From a virus (Duplodnaviria; Caudoviricetes), in IMG/VR virus record IMGVR_UViG_3300047669_000035, positions 1 to 49,177 of that record: a stretch of DNA of 49,177 nucleotides, one strand, 5' to 3'. Position 1 is the first letter of the stretch. Every line of letters begins with the position of its first letter. Under the pieces are notes generated by a model. That model was given only the letters and a program-made list of their open reading frames with translations. It ran no database searches and was not told the origin of the DNA. The translations under genes and the position numbers were made by a program. This document shows, piece by piece, positions 9,572 through 18,544 of the stretch.

Positions 9572-9871
9572 ATGGCTAAACAATATGTAATTTCGGAAAC
9601 TGGTGAATTTCCAGCACAATATAAAGTTCTTAAATTAGACGAAGATGGGATATATAGACCTGTATTTGGTCCAGACCCTGATTTAGAAGACGCAGAACGT
9701 AAATGTGGTGAAATGAATGGTGATAGATCAAGAAACGATAAAGGACAACTTATCGGTGATGACTTGTCTACACCAGATGTTAATGAAGCTTATGTTGGAG
9801 GTAAAAAACCAACTAAGAAGAAAGCACCAGCTAAGAAAACAACTAAGAAAACTACTTCTAAGAAGAAGTAA
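9572..9871 (+). CDS. Hypothetical protein with Lys-rich histone-like tail
   Basis: RNDKGQ..DDLSTPDVNEAY motif; tail KKPTKKKAPAKKTTKK. Confidence 0.75.
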   Translation: MAKQYVISETGEFPAQYKVLKLDEDGIYRPVFGPDPDLEDAERKCGEMNGDRSRNDKGQLIGDDLSTPDVNEAYVGGKKPTKKKAPAKKTTKKTTSKKK

Positions 9872-9879
9872 TAATGACT

Positions 9880-9919
9880 ATATTTATAATACTTTGGTAA
9901 AACGAAGTATTATAGATAT
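9880..9919. promoter_or_regulatory. Long AT-rich intergenic hairpin
   Basis: Perfect TATAATACTT/AAGTATTATA (9885-9894/9905-9914), extendable to about 17 bp with G-U pairs. Confidence 0.5.
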
Positions 9920-9943
9920 TAATTTTAAATAATGGAGGGCAAC

Positions 9944-10396
9944 ATGCCAAAGAAAGAATCGGGAATGTGGAGAAATAAGAATGCTCCTATGAGTAAAAAT
10001 TATCGCCAAGGCGGTAGTACCTATATGGGTGGTGGAATGACACCAGCAGAAAAAGCTTCTATTATGAGAGGCGGTAAATTATCTGGAATTGCAGAAATAC
10101 AAGAAGGTCTAGGACAAGTAAGACCTGGAATGAAAAAAGGAGGAACTTTTAGAGACTATAAAGTTTCTGCTGTTGATGGAAAACCTAAACGTATTACTAG
10201 AAAAACACCACAAGAATCTAAGGTTCGTAAAAAACCTGGAATGTTTGGTGGTGGTATGTCATCAAGGAAGAATATGACAAAAAGTGAAAGGCTAAAATAT
10301 CAAAAAGATGGGATTCCTCTTCAAACATTAGGAAAACCATATGAAGGTAAGGTTCGTAAAAAACCTGGAATGGCTAAAGGTGGAAAAACTAAATAA
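9944..10396 (+). CDS. Basic K/G/M-rich protein with repeated x-x-x-GG motifs (putative capsid-internal protein)
   Basis: GGAGG SD before ATG 9944; motifs YRQGG, YMGGG, MKKGG, MFGGG, MAKGG. Confidence 0.7.
   Translation: MPKKESGMWRNKNAPMSKNYRQGGSTYMGGGMTPAEKASIMRGGKLSGIAEIQEGLGQVRPGMKKGGTFRDYKVSAVDGKPKRITRKTPQESKVRKKPGMFGGGMSSRKNMTKSERLKYQKDGIPLQTLGKPYEGKVRKKPGMAKGGKTK
10219..10372 (+). repeat. 25-bp direct repeat encoding KVRKKPGM
   Basis: TAAGGTTCGTAAAAAACCTGGAATG at 10219-10243 and 10348-10372. Confidence 0.9.
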
Positions 10397-10416
10397 TTAA
10401 TAAATAAATATTATTT

Positions 10417-10710
10417 ATGTCTAGAAGTTTAAAAGATTCCAGACTTAAAAATGCTGGTGTAAGTGGTTATAATAAACCTAAACGTACACCTAATCATCCT
10501 AAAAAGTCACATGTAGTTGTTGCCAAAGAAGGTAGCAAGACTAAAACTATACGTTTTGGAGAACAAGGTGCATCTACAGCAGGTAAACCTAAAGCAGGTG
10601 AATCAGCTAAAATGAAAGCAAAACGTAAATCTTTTAAAGCTAGACATGGTAGAAATATTAAAAAAGGTAAAATGTCAGCAGCTTACTGGGCAGATAAAGT
10701 AAAATGGTAA
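10417..10710 (+). CDS. Small basic phage protein
   Basis: TIRFGEQG...RKSFKARH...SAAYWA..KW pattern that I recognise from many phages. Confidence 0.8.
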   Translation: MSRSLKDSRLKNAGVSGYNKPKRTPNHPKKSHVVVAKEGSKTKTIRFGEQGASTAGKPKAGESAKMKAKRKSFKARHGRNIKKGKMSAAYWADKVKW

Positions 10711-10829
10711 TAACATCAACATATTGGATAGCAATGACTGGAACAGATTTAAATAAAAAATTTAAAACTAAAAAAGTAAAAACAACTAAATCTGGTATTA
10801 CTATAACTAGAATTAAAAAGGAAAAATAA
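10704..10829 (+). CDS. 41-aa basic micro-ORF (not in ORF track)
   Basis: MVITSTYWIAMTGTDLNKKFKTKKVKTTKSGITITRIKKEK; fills the gap and has a TAATG overlap with the next gene. Confidence 0.5.
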   Translation: MVITSTYWIAMTGTDLNKKFKTKKVKTTKSGITITRIKKEK

Positions 10830-11527
10830 TGGCTACAAGTGGAACTACTACATTTAACTTAGACATAAGCGATATTATGGAAGAAGCTTATGATCTTTGT
10901 GGATTAGAGTTGCGTTCAGGATATAGTTATCGTGGTGCAAAAAGAGCATTAAATTTAGTTTTTTTAGAATGGCAAAATAAAGGATTAAATCTTTGGACAA
11001 TAGAACAAGGAAGTGCAACTTTAACAGCAGGAACAAGTAGTTATACTATAGATGCTAGTGCTTTAGATGTTGTTGATGTTTTTATTAGAACTAATGTTGG
11101 TAATACTTCTAATCAATTTGATCAAAGATTAAATCGTATATCAAGAACCGAATACAATCATCAATCAAATAAATTAACACAATCAAAACCTACACAGTTT
11201 TATGTAGATAAAGATAATGATTCTGTAAAAATAATTTTATGGTCAACTCCTGATTCTCAAGAAACATATACATTAATATATGACTATGTAAAAAAAATAG
11301 AAGATGTGGGTATTGTGGCTAGTAATGAAGCTGACGTTCCTACAAGATATCTTCCATGTCTAACTTATGCCTTAGCCTACAATATAGCTTGTAAATCACC
11401 AGAAGCTCAACAAAGAGTTCCTATGATACGACAACGCTACATGGAATTATGGGAAGAAGTAAGTGAAGCAGACAGAGAAAAAGCATCCATAAGATTTGTT
11501 CCTGATTTAACAATGAGTGGTTATTAA
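10829..11527 (+). CDS. Head-tail adaptor / tail tubular protein (putative)
   Basis: Helical N-terminus, LNRISRTEY..KPTQFY motif, position after the head module. Confidence 0.65.
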   Translation: MATSGTTTFNLDISDIMEEAYDLCGLELRSGYSYRGAKRALNLVFLEWQNKGLNLWTIEQGSATLTAGTSSYTIDASALDVVDVFIRTNVGNTSNQFDQRLNRISRTEYNHQSNKLTQSKPTQFYVDKDNDSVKIILWSTPDSQETYTLIYDYVKKIEDVGIVASNEADVPTRYLPCLTYALAYNIACKSPEAQQRVPMIRQRYMELWEEVSEADREKASIRFVPDLTMSGY

Positions 11528-11868
11528 TGGCATATGCAAGAGCGAGTAAAGCTCTAGGGCAATGTGATCGTTGTGCGTTTAGTTATAAGTTGAACGAATT
11601 ACAATATGAAATATACGATGGTGTAAGAAATGGGTTGCGTGTTTGCAGAGAATGTTTAGATGAAGACCAGCCTCAATTAAAACTAGGTGAATTAAATGTG
11701 GTTGATCCACAAAATTTATATAATCCTAGAATAGATACAGGAGAAAAAGACTCAACTAGTTATTATTCATTTGATCCTATTGGAGGTGGAGTAACAGAAT
11801 TTGGTTCTTCAACAATGGGTTTAGATATTAAAGGTGAAATTGGTAAACTAACAGTGAGTACAGAATGA
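11527..11868 (+). CDS. Zn-binding hypothetical protein
   Basis: CDRC and CREC pairs; translationally coupled on both sides. Confidence 0.7.
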   Translation: MAYARASKALGQCDRCAFSYKLNELQYEIYDGVRNGLRVCRECLDEDQPQLKLGELNVVDPQNLYNPRIDTGEKDSTSYYSFDPIGGGVTEFGSSTMGLDIKGEIGKLTVSTE

Positions 11869-12509
11869 GTTGGACATTTACAACATTAAAATCAGCTATA
11901 GAAGATTATACGCAAAATACTGAAACATCATTTGTTTCTAATTTACCTACTTTTATTGTTCAAGCAGAAGACAGAATAATAAAATCTGTTGAGTTACCTA
12001 ATTTTAGAAAAAATGTTACTGGAACATTTACTGCTAGTAATCAATATTTATCAACTCCTAGCGACTATTTATACCCTTATTCCTTGGCTGTGTTAGATGA
12101 TGATAGTAATTATAGTTATCTTTTAAATACTGATGTAAGTTTTATGAGAGAAGCTTATCCTCTTGTTTCTACTACAGGTACACCAAAACATTATGCACAA
12201 TTTGATGACACTACTTTTATAGTTGGTCCTACACCAAACTCAAATTTTACAACAGAATTACATTATTTTTATATACCTCAATCTATTACTGAATCTTCTG
12301 ATGGAACAACTTGGCTAGGAACAAATGCTTCAGAAGTATTGCTTTATGCTAGCTTATTAGAAGCGTATACTTTTATGAAAGGTGAACCTGACTTAATGAT
12401 GAATTATGAAAAAAGATTTCAAGAAGCTTTACAAAGATTAACATTAGAATCAGATGGTTATAATCGTAAAGACGCATATAGGGATGGGCAAAGAAAAATA
12501 AATGTCTAA
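11865..12509 (+). CDS. Second adaptor / tail tubular-like protein (putative)
   Basis: GTPKHYA..VGPTP..LLYASLLEA motifs of podovirus adaptor-like proteins. Confidence 0.6.
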   Translation: MSWTFTTLKSAIEDYTQNTETSFVSNLPTFIVQAEDRIIKSVELPNFRKNVTGTFTASNQYLSTPSDYLYPYSLAVLDDDSNYSYLLNTDVSFMREAYPLVSTTGTPKHYAQFDDTTFIVGPTPNSNFTTELHYFYIPQSITESSDGTTWLGTNASEVLLYASLLEAYTFMKGEPDLMMNYEKRFQEALQRLTLESDGYNRKDAYRDGQRKINV

Positions 12510-13245
12510 TGACCCTATTAAAGAACTAGAAGGCAAAAATATTGCAATAGTTGCTATGGGTCAAAGTCAATTAGATTTTCATCTTTCTCAAACACACAGC
12601 GTAAAATTTGATGAAATTTGGGCTATAAACGCAATGATTGGAGTTTTGCCTAATATTGATAGGGCTTTTATTTTAGACCCAATGAGTAGATTTTTAGATA
12701 CAGAAAATGCAGGCTCAATGACATCTATGATGAAAAAAACTTTGCCTGAATGTAAATTTCCTATTTATACATGCGAGTTAGATAATAGAGTTCCTTCTGC
12801 AATAGAATATCCAATAGAGTCTGTTGTAAATAGCACAGGTTGTTCATATTTTAACAATACTATTCCTTATGCAATAGCTTTTGCTTTGTGGAATAAAGTT
12901 AACAAACTATGTATTTTTGGAGTTGATTATACATATAAAACAAATATGCACTTTGCAGAATCAGGAAGAGGATGTGTAGAGTTTTGGTTATCTAAATGTA
13001 TTGATGCAAGTATTCAAATAGAAATAGCTCCACGTTCAAGTTTATTAGATACAGATATAGATTTTAAAGAAAAACTATACGGCTATCACAGATTAAATGA
13101 TCCAAAAATTACATACCAAAATGGTTCTGGGATAAAAGTTTGTAACCTTTCTGAAATGCAGTTACAAGAAGAATCTAAACCTGTTGGCATAATAGGAAGA
13201 AAAGATTTAAACTTATCTGAACCAGTTGAACCAAAAAAATATTAA
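12502..13245 (+). CDS. Sialyltransferase-fold / DUF115-like transferase (putative)
   Basis: IAIVAMGQS, IWAIN, NNTIPYAIAFAL, LCIFGVDY motif order resembles GT29/GT42/Maf-like folds. Confidence 0.5.
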   Translation: MSNDPIKELEGKNIAIVAMGQSQLDFHLSQTHSVKFDEIWAINAMIGVLPNIDRAFILDPMSRFLDTENAGSMTSMMKKTLPECKFPIYTCELDNRVPSAIEYPIESVVNSTGCSYFNNTIPYAIAFALWNKVNKLCIFGVDYTYKTNMHFAESGRGCVEFWLSKCIDASIQIEIAPRSSLLDTDIDFKEKLYGYHRLNDPKITYQNGSGIKVCNLSEMQLQEESKPVGIIGRKDLNLSEPVEPKKY

Positions 13246-13535
13246 TGGAAACAGAAGAATTTAAAATTTCTATAGGAGACTTAGGGGTGCAGACGACTTC
13301 TAATAGAGGTCATACTGCAGAAGAAGTAGCTGAAATGGCTACTAATAAATTAATTTCTATAAGTGATACTGCTCCTATAGAAATAAAATCACAAGCTCAT
13401 GCTTTCAGAGCAAGAACTAAAATGGTTGTTGCACATTACATACAAGAAGGAATAAAAAACCATACTTGTACTATATGCAACGAATTAGAAAAACAAGGTC
13501 ATAAAGACCTAGCAAATATAATAAGGAGACTTTAA
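13245..13535 (+). CDS. Hypothetical protein
   Basis: 96 aa, TAATG-coupled at both ends. Confidence 0.7.
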   Translation: METEEFKISIGDLGVQTTSNRGHTAEEVAEMATNKLISISDTAPIEIKSQAHAFRARTKMVVAHYIQEGIKNHTCTICNELEKQGHKDLANIIRRL

Positions 13536-13966
13536 TGGCGATAACACAAGCAATGGCAACGAGTTTTAAAAAAGAACTTTTAGAAGCTAAACATAACTTT
13601 TTACTTTCTGGAGGTAATGATTTTAAATTAGCTTTGTATACTTCAAGTGCAACTATGTCAGCAGCAACAACTGCTTATACGACTACTAATGAAGCAAGTG
13701 GAACAAACTACACTGCAAAAGGCTCTAGTTTAACTAGAGTTAATCCAGCTACTTCAGGAACAACTGCATTTACAGATTTTGCTGATTTAACATTTGGAAC
13801 GGCAACTATAACTGCTAGGGGCTGTATGATCTTTAATGACACCGCTTCAGGTGATCCAGCAGTAGCTGTATTTGACTTTGGTGGAGATAAAACATCAACA
13901 GCAGGTTCATTTACTATTACGTTTCCAACTGCTGACGCATCAAACGCTGTTATTAGAATAGCATAG
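13535..13966 (+). CDS. Tail structural protein
   Basis: FKLALYT...DFGGDKT..GSFTITFP pattern; upstream of the fibre genes. Confidence 0.7.
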   Translation: MAITQAMATSFKKELLEAKHNFLLSGGNDFKLALYTSSATMSAATTAYTTTNEASGTNYTAKGSSLTRVNPATSGTTAFTDFADLTFGTATITARGCMIFNDTASGDPAVAVFDFGGDKTSTAGSFTITFPTADASNAVIRIA

Positions 13967-13974
13967 GAGTTTAA

Positions 13975-14502
13975 GTGGCAACTGGTTGGGGTCGCAGTAC
14001 ATGGGGTGATGGACCTTTCGGTGCAACCGCAGTATCTGTTGCTGTCACAGGATTAGCTGGAACAGCAGCATTAGGAACTGAAACTGTAACTGGTGACTGT
14101 AATTTAACAGAAACAGGTTTAGCAGGAACAGGTGCAGTTGGTACTATAATAGCTGCTGGATTTGCAATAACTGGTGTTTCAGGTAGTGCATCTACTGTAG
14201 CTTTAGGTGATGAAACAGTAACTTGTGATGCAAATGTGTACCCTACAAACGTAGTTGGTACAACAGCATTAGGAACTTTAGGATTAGTAACCAATAATAT
14301 TATTTCAATTACTGGTTTAGCTGGAACATCTGCATTAGGTACAGAAACAGTACAAGCAGATTCAAATACTTTATTAGAAAATGTTTCAGCTACAGGACAA
14401 ATAACAAATTTATTAGTTTGGAGTTTAATAGATGATTCACAAACACCTAATTATTCAACGATTTCTACAACACAATCTCCTAACTGGAGTGAAGTTGCTT
14501 AA
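13975..14502 (+). CDS. Tail structural protein with G/T/A repeats
   Basis: GTG start with AGGAG SD; GWGRSTWG N-terminus; repeated TGLAGT.ALGT. Confidence 0.7.
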   Translation: MATGWGRSTWGDGPFGATAVSVAVTGLAGTAALGTETVTGDCNLTETGLAGTGAVGTIIAAGFAITGVSGSASTVALGDETVTCDANVYPTNVVGTTALGTLGLVTNNIISITGLAGTSALGTETVQADSNTLLENVSATGQITNLLVWSLIDDSQTPNYSTISTTQSPNWSEVA

Positions 14503-14532
14503 TAATATATAATTTTTACACGAGGAAAATAA

Positions 14533-16914
14533 ATGGCTAGTACATATGTAAACAACCTAAGACTCAACGAAATGGCTACTGGTGACGGTAGTGGAACGTG
14601 GGGCACAACAACAAATACGAATTTAGAATTAATCGGGCAAGCTTTAGGCTATGGCACCAGAGCCATCGCTAACGCGTCAACCGATAACATCACTATTGCA
14701 GACGGAGCTTCCGATTCCGACAGAGCAATGTACCTTAAACTTACTGGCGGTGGTCAAGCATGTACTGTAAGTCTATTACCAAACACCGCATCCAAAGTAT
14801 GGATGTTGGAAAACGCCACTTCATACACACTAACTTTTACGCAAGGTAGTGGGGCTAACGTAGCAATACTGGCTGGGGAAACAAAAATTATAGCCACTGA
14901 CGGAGCTGGCTCTGGTGCTGTAGTTTATGACGTATTAACCGATACAAACTTAGCAGGAACAACTAAAGTTGATGACCTTACAGTTGGCGATGATTTAGTG
15001 GTAGGCGGAGATATAGACTTAGAGGGTGCTATTGATGTTAATGGAACAGCTAACCTAGATGTCGTAGACATTGATGGTGCTGTAAATATGGCAACTACTG
15101 CCCTTGTTACTGGCGTTCTTACTACAACAGCAGCTACAGTTTTTAATGGTGGGTTTGCTAGTAATGCTGACTCCACTATGGGTACTGATAAAAAAGTACA
15201 ATTTCGTGATGCTGCAATTTATATAAATTCTAGTGCTGATGGGCAACTTGATCTTGTTGCAGATACAGAAATTCAGATAGCCGCAACTACTATTGACATT
15301 AACGGAGCAATCAACGCTAGTGGCGAAATTATTGCAGCTTCGTTAGATATTTCAGGCAACGCAGACATTGATGGTGTTTTAGAAACAGACAATTTAACAG
15401 TCGGTGGAGCACAAGGAACTGATGGACAAGTTTTAACTTCAACAGGAAGTGGTGTAGGTTGGGAAGATGCAGCTGGTGGAGTAACATTCAAACAAGCTGG
15501 AACTAACTTTGCTAATTCTCTAATGGTTGGTGATGACAGCACAGGAACATTAAGTTCCGCATCAGCAAATACTGCTGTAGGAATAGATGTTTTTGCAGCC
15601 TTAACATCTGGTGATAATAACACAGCAATCGGTTTTTCTGGTTTAAAAGCAACTACTTCGGGAACAGGTAATACTGCTGTAGGCAAAGATGCTTTAGTTG
15701 CTAACACGACAGCAGACAACAATACAGCCATTGGTTTACAAGCTGCTGATGCCAACACAACAGGAGCTAATTTAGTAGCGATTGGTGCGGGTGCATTAAG
15801 TGCTAACACGACAGCAGACGATAACGTGGGAGTGGGTAAAAATGCTTTAACTCTTACAACAGAAGGGTCTTACAACGTAGGAGTCGGTACTAATGTGTTA
15901 GATGCCAACACGACTGGTGCTTCTAATACGGCTGTGGGTGGTGCTGCTCTTGGAGCAAACACCACAGCGTCAAACAACACAGCAGTGGGTAATAGTGCTT
16001 TAGCAGCAAATACTACAGGAACTGAGAACACCGCAGTTGGTAAAGGTGCTGCTGACGCTACTACAACTGGAAGCTACAACGTGGCAATGGGTAATGATGC
16101 TTTAGGAACAAGTACCACTGGAGCAGAATGTACGGCTCTTGGTTATAGAGCGTTGTTTGCGAACACATCGGGTGTAAAAAATGTTTCGGTGGGTTCTTCG
16201 TCTTTAGATGAGTGTACTACAGGAGATTTTAACACAGCCGTTGGTACTTCAGCTTTAACATCAGTTACAACATCAGACAGTAACACAGGAGTAGGCAACA
16301 GTGCAGGACAAGAAATTACCACGGGTGCTTCAAACACAGCAGTAGGTGCAAGTGCTTCACCTGCTCTCACCACAGGAGCAGAAAATACATGTTTAGGAGC
16401 AAGCACTGCGGAAGGACTTACTTCTGGGGGTAATAATATTTGTATAGGTTTAGGTGCAGGGAATTCTGGTAATCCTGGTGGCTTACTACAAACAACTGAC
16501 AATCGAATAGTTTTGGGTAATGCGTCATCAGCAAATGCACATATACAGATTGATTGGACAGTAGCTTCTGATAAACGTGATAAAACAGACGTAACTCCAC
16601 TAGACATGGGATTGGGTTTTATTAACAAACTAGAACCTGTCACTTATAAATGGGATAAACGTGTTAAATACGAAGAAGGAAATACTCCTGACGGAACGCA
16701 CAAAGAAGATTGGTTAGACGTAGGTTTTTTAGCACAAGACGTTGAAGAACTAGAAGCAGAGTTTGGACACAAAATAAACGACAAAACTAATTTAACAACA
16801 CACATGAGCGAAGATAAAGATTCTTATGGTCTTACTTATGCTAAGTTTGTACCAATGTTAGTTAAAGCAGTACAAGAACTTTCCGCAAAGGTGGAAGAAT
16901 TAGAAAATAAATAA
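14533..16914 (+). CDS. Tail fibre with about 14-aa NTAVG repeats and C-terminal S74 intramolecular chaperone
   Basis: N-terminal GTWGTTTNTNL anchor; many NTA[VI]G..AL..NTTG repeats; SDKRDK autocleavage motif, GFLAQDV, terminal coiled coil. Confidence 0.88.
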   Translation: MASTYVNNLRLNEMATGDGSGTWGTTTNTNLELIGQALGYGTRAIANASTDNITIADGASDSDRAMYLKLTGGGQACTVSLLPNTASKVWMLENATSYTLTFTQGSGANVAILAGETKIIATDGAGSGAVVYDVLTDTNLAGTTKVDDLTVGDDLVVGGDIDLEGAIDVNGTANLDVVDIDGAVNMATTALVTGVLTTTAATVFNGGFASNADSTMGTDKKVQFRDAAIYINSSADGQLDLVADTEIQIAATTIDINGAINASGEIIAASLDISGNADIDGVLETDNLTVGGAQGTDGQVLTSTGSGVGWEDAAGGVTFKQAGTNFANSLMVGDDSTGTLSSASANTAVGIDVFAALTSGDNNTAIGFSGLKATTSGTGNTAVGKDALVANTTADNNTAIGLQAADANTTGANLVAIGAGALSANTTADDNVGVGKNALTLTTEGSYNVGVGTNVLDANTTGASNTAVGGAALGANTTASNNTAVGNSALAANTTGTENTAVGKGAADATTTGSYNVAMGNDALGTSTTGAECTALGYRALFANTSGVKNVSVGSSSLDECTTGDFNTAVGTSALTSVTTSDSNTGVGNSAGQEITTGASNTAVGASASPALTTGAENTCLGASTAEGLTSGGNNICIGLGAGNSGNPGGLLQTTDNRIVLGNASSANAHIQIDWTVASDKRDKTDVTPLDMGLGFINKLEPVTYKWDKRVKYEEGNTPDGTHKEDWLDVGFLAQDVEELEAEFGHKINDKTNLTTHMSEDKDSYGLTYAKFVPMLVKAVQELSAKVEELENK

Positions 16915-16924
16915 GGAGTAAAAA

Positions 16925-17200
16925 ATGGCACAAACAGTAACAGAATGTCTAGCAGCAGGAACAGACAGCGTAACATTAATCAACAGTATTAATACAGACG
17001 CTTCAGCAGAACCCGCAGTTGTAGGCATGACCCAAGCCGAGATAAATGAAAAAGTACAACGTAATGTTGACCACCTTTCAATTATCTTGCTTTATGATGC
17101 AACTGGCGATACGCCAAACGTAGCAGGAGCAGCAGACAGTAAGAAAACAACTCACGTTGCAGCCGTTACGACTGGCACCGATTACATAGCAGCAAACTAA
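16925..17200 (+). CDS. Tail fibre-associated small protein
   Basis: 91 aa directly after the fibre gene; AAGGAG SD. Confidence 0.65.
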   Translation: MAQTVTECLAAGTDSVTLINSINTDASAEPAVVGMTQAEINEKVQRNVDHLSIILLYDATGDTPNVAGAADSKKTTHVAAVTTGTDYIAAN

Positions 17201-17213
17201 GGAGATAAATTAA

Positions 17214-17402
17214 ATGTTATATATAAATATATTCATGTGGATAACCGCTATTGTCGCAATAGCATCACTTGTGGCTGCCGTGACACCCACTCCGAAAGGA
17301 GATAAGTTTCTAGGCAAATTGTATAAAGTTATAGATTTTTTAGCTTTAAACATAGGCAAGGCTAAAGAAACTGCACCTACAAAAAAAGTTACTAAAAAAT
17401 AA
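17214..17402 (+). CDS. Small membrane protein (holin-like candidate)
   Basis: N-terminal TM helix, TPTPKGD motif, basic tail. Confidence 0.6.
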   Translation: MLYINIFMWITAIVAIASLVAAVTPTPKGDKFLGKLYKVIDFLALNIGKAKETAPTKKVTKK

Positions 17403-17587
17403 TGGCTACTGCTAAAGATGCTCTTAACGCTATAGAATCACATGAAAGAGAATGTAAACTTTTATACAAAAGTATTGATGCAAGATTAGAAGCAGGTTCT
17501 AAGCGATTTGATAAATTAGAATTGATGCTATGGGGTGTGTACCCTTTTATAGTTGGATCAATAATAGCAGCAGAATTAATAACATGA
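17402..17587 (+). CDS. XhlA-like coiled-coil plus C-terminal TM protein
   Basis: HERECKLLY..RLEAGSKRFDKLE followed by a hydrophobic C-terminus. Confidence 0.6.
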   Translation: MATAKDALNAIESHERECKLLYKSIDARLEAGSKRFDKLELMLWGVYPFIVGSIIAAELIT

Positions 17588-17721
17588 AAAAAAAAGGACT
17601 ATACGCAAATATAAATGCAAGAAAGAAAAAAAACATAAGTAGACCTAAAAGTAAATCTACAATATCTCCTAAAGCATATAAAAATATGCAATCAGGTTTT
17701 AAAAAAAATAAAAAGAAATAA
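17584..17721 (+). CDS. 45-aa very basic protein (GLYANI type)
   Basis: ATGA overlap at 17584; MKKKGLYANINARKKK; the track start at 17530 is probably too long. Confidence 0.65.
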   Translation: MKKKGLYANINARKKKNISRPKSKSTISPKAYKNMQSGFKKNKKK

Positions 17722-17723
17722 TT

Positions 17724-18143
17724 ATGTATGAATATGCTTGTAAAGTTCAAAGAGTTGTTGATGGCGATACTGTGGATGTTGTTCTTAACCTCGGTTTTGA
17801 CATTATGTATAAGTCTCGTGTTCGTTTATATGGCATTGATACTCCCGAATCACGCACTCGTAACTTGGATGAGAAGGCTAGAGGAAAGATGGCTGGGGCT
17901 TTCTTAAAAAATAAAATAGATTCTGGTAAAAAAGTAGTTATACAAACTAAATTAAAAGATTCCAGAGGTAAATTTGGCAGAGTTTTAGGTAATATAATTG
18001 TTGATGGAATAAATATTAACCAGTTAATGATAAATAATCATCACGCAGCAGCTTATTTTGGACAAAGTAAAGAAGATATTGAAGCAGTACATGATGCAAA
18101 TAGAACAAAATTAATGGAATTAGGACTGTTTAAACCTGTTTAA
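17724..18143 (+). CDS. Thermonuclease (SNase-like)
   Basis: RVVDGDT, VRLYGIDTPE, GKFGRVLG motifs. Confidence 0.9.
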   Translation: MYEYACKVQRVVDGDTVDVVLNLGFDIMYKSRVRLYGIDTPESRTRNLDEKARGKMAGAFLKNKIDSGKKVVIQTKLKDSRGKFGRVLGNIIVDGININQLMINNHHAAAYFGQSKEDIEAVHDANRTKLMELGLFKPV

Positions 18144-18157
18144 TAAAGGAGAAAAAA

Positions 18158-18544
18158 ATGAATGATGGTTCAGGAAGATTTGGTGGAGACATGGACAGAA
18201 ATGAGGTGGAAATTGACCTCAATAAGTTTATGGCATTGCTGCAAGAACAATCCACTTTAAAAGACAGAATAAGAGAGTTAGAAGATGAAGGTACTAAGAA
18301 CCCGCATCAGAAGTGGATATTTTTAGCTCAAGCCATAGACAGTTGGCGTATATTTCCCAGAGCTTTTTTAAGCGTTTATATGTATCTGCTTTACTACACT
18401 ACTTTTTGGTTTATGGATTTAGCAGCACCTAGCTTTGAGCAATCGGGATTAATCTCTATTGTAGTAGGTGCAGGTGCAGCTTGGTTTGGTCTTTACGCAG
18501 GTACTTCAGGCTCAAGTAAGTCCTTTAAAGGCGAAGATAAGTAA
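18158..18544 (+). CDS. Two-TM membrane protein (holin candidate)
   Basis: N-terminal coiled coil, DSWRIFPR, two hydrophobic helices. Confidence 0.55.
   Translation: MNDGSGRFGGDMDRNEVEIDLNKFMALLQEQSTLKDRIRELEDEGTKNPHQKWIFLAQAIDSWRIFPRAFLSVYMYLLYYTTFWFMDLAAPSFEQSGLISIVVGAGAAWFGLYAGTSGSSKSFKGEDK

Noticed and set aside
14533-16914. Diversity-generating retroelement targeting the tail fibre
   Set aside because: No reverse transcriptase and no template/variable repeat pair seen
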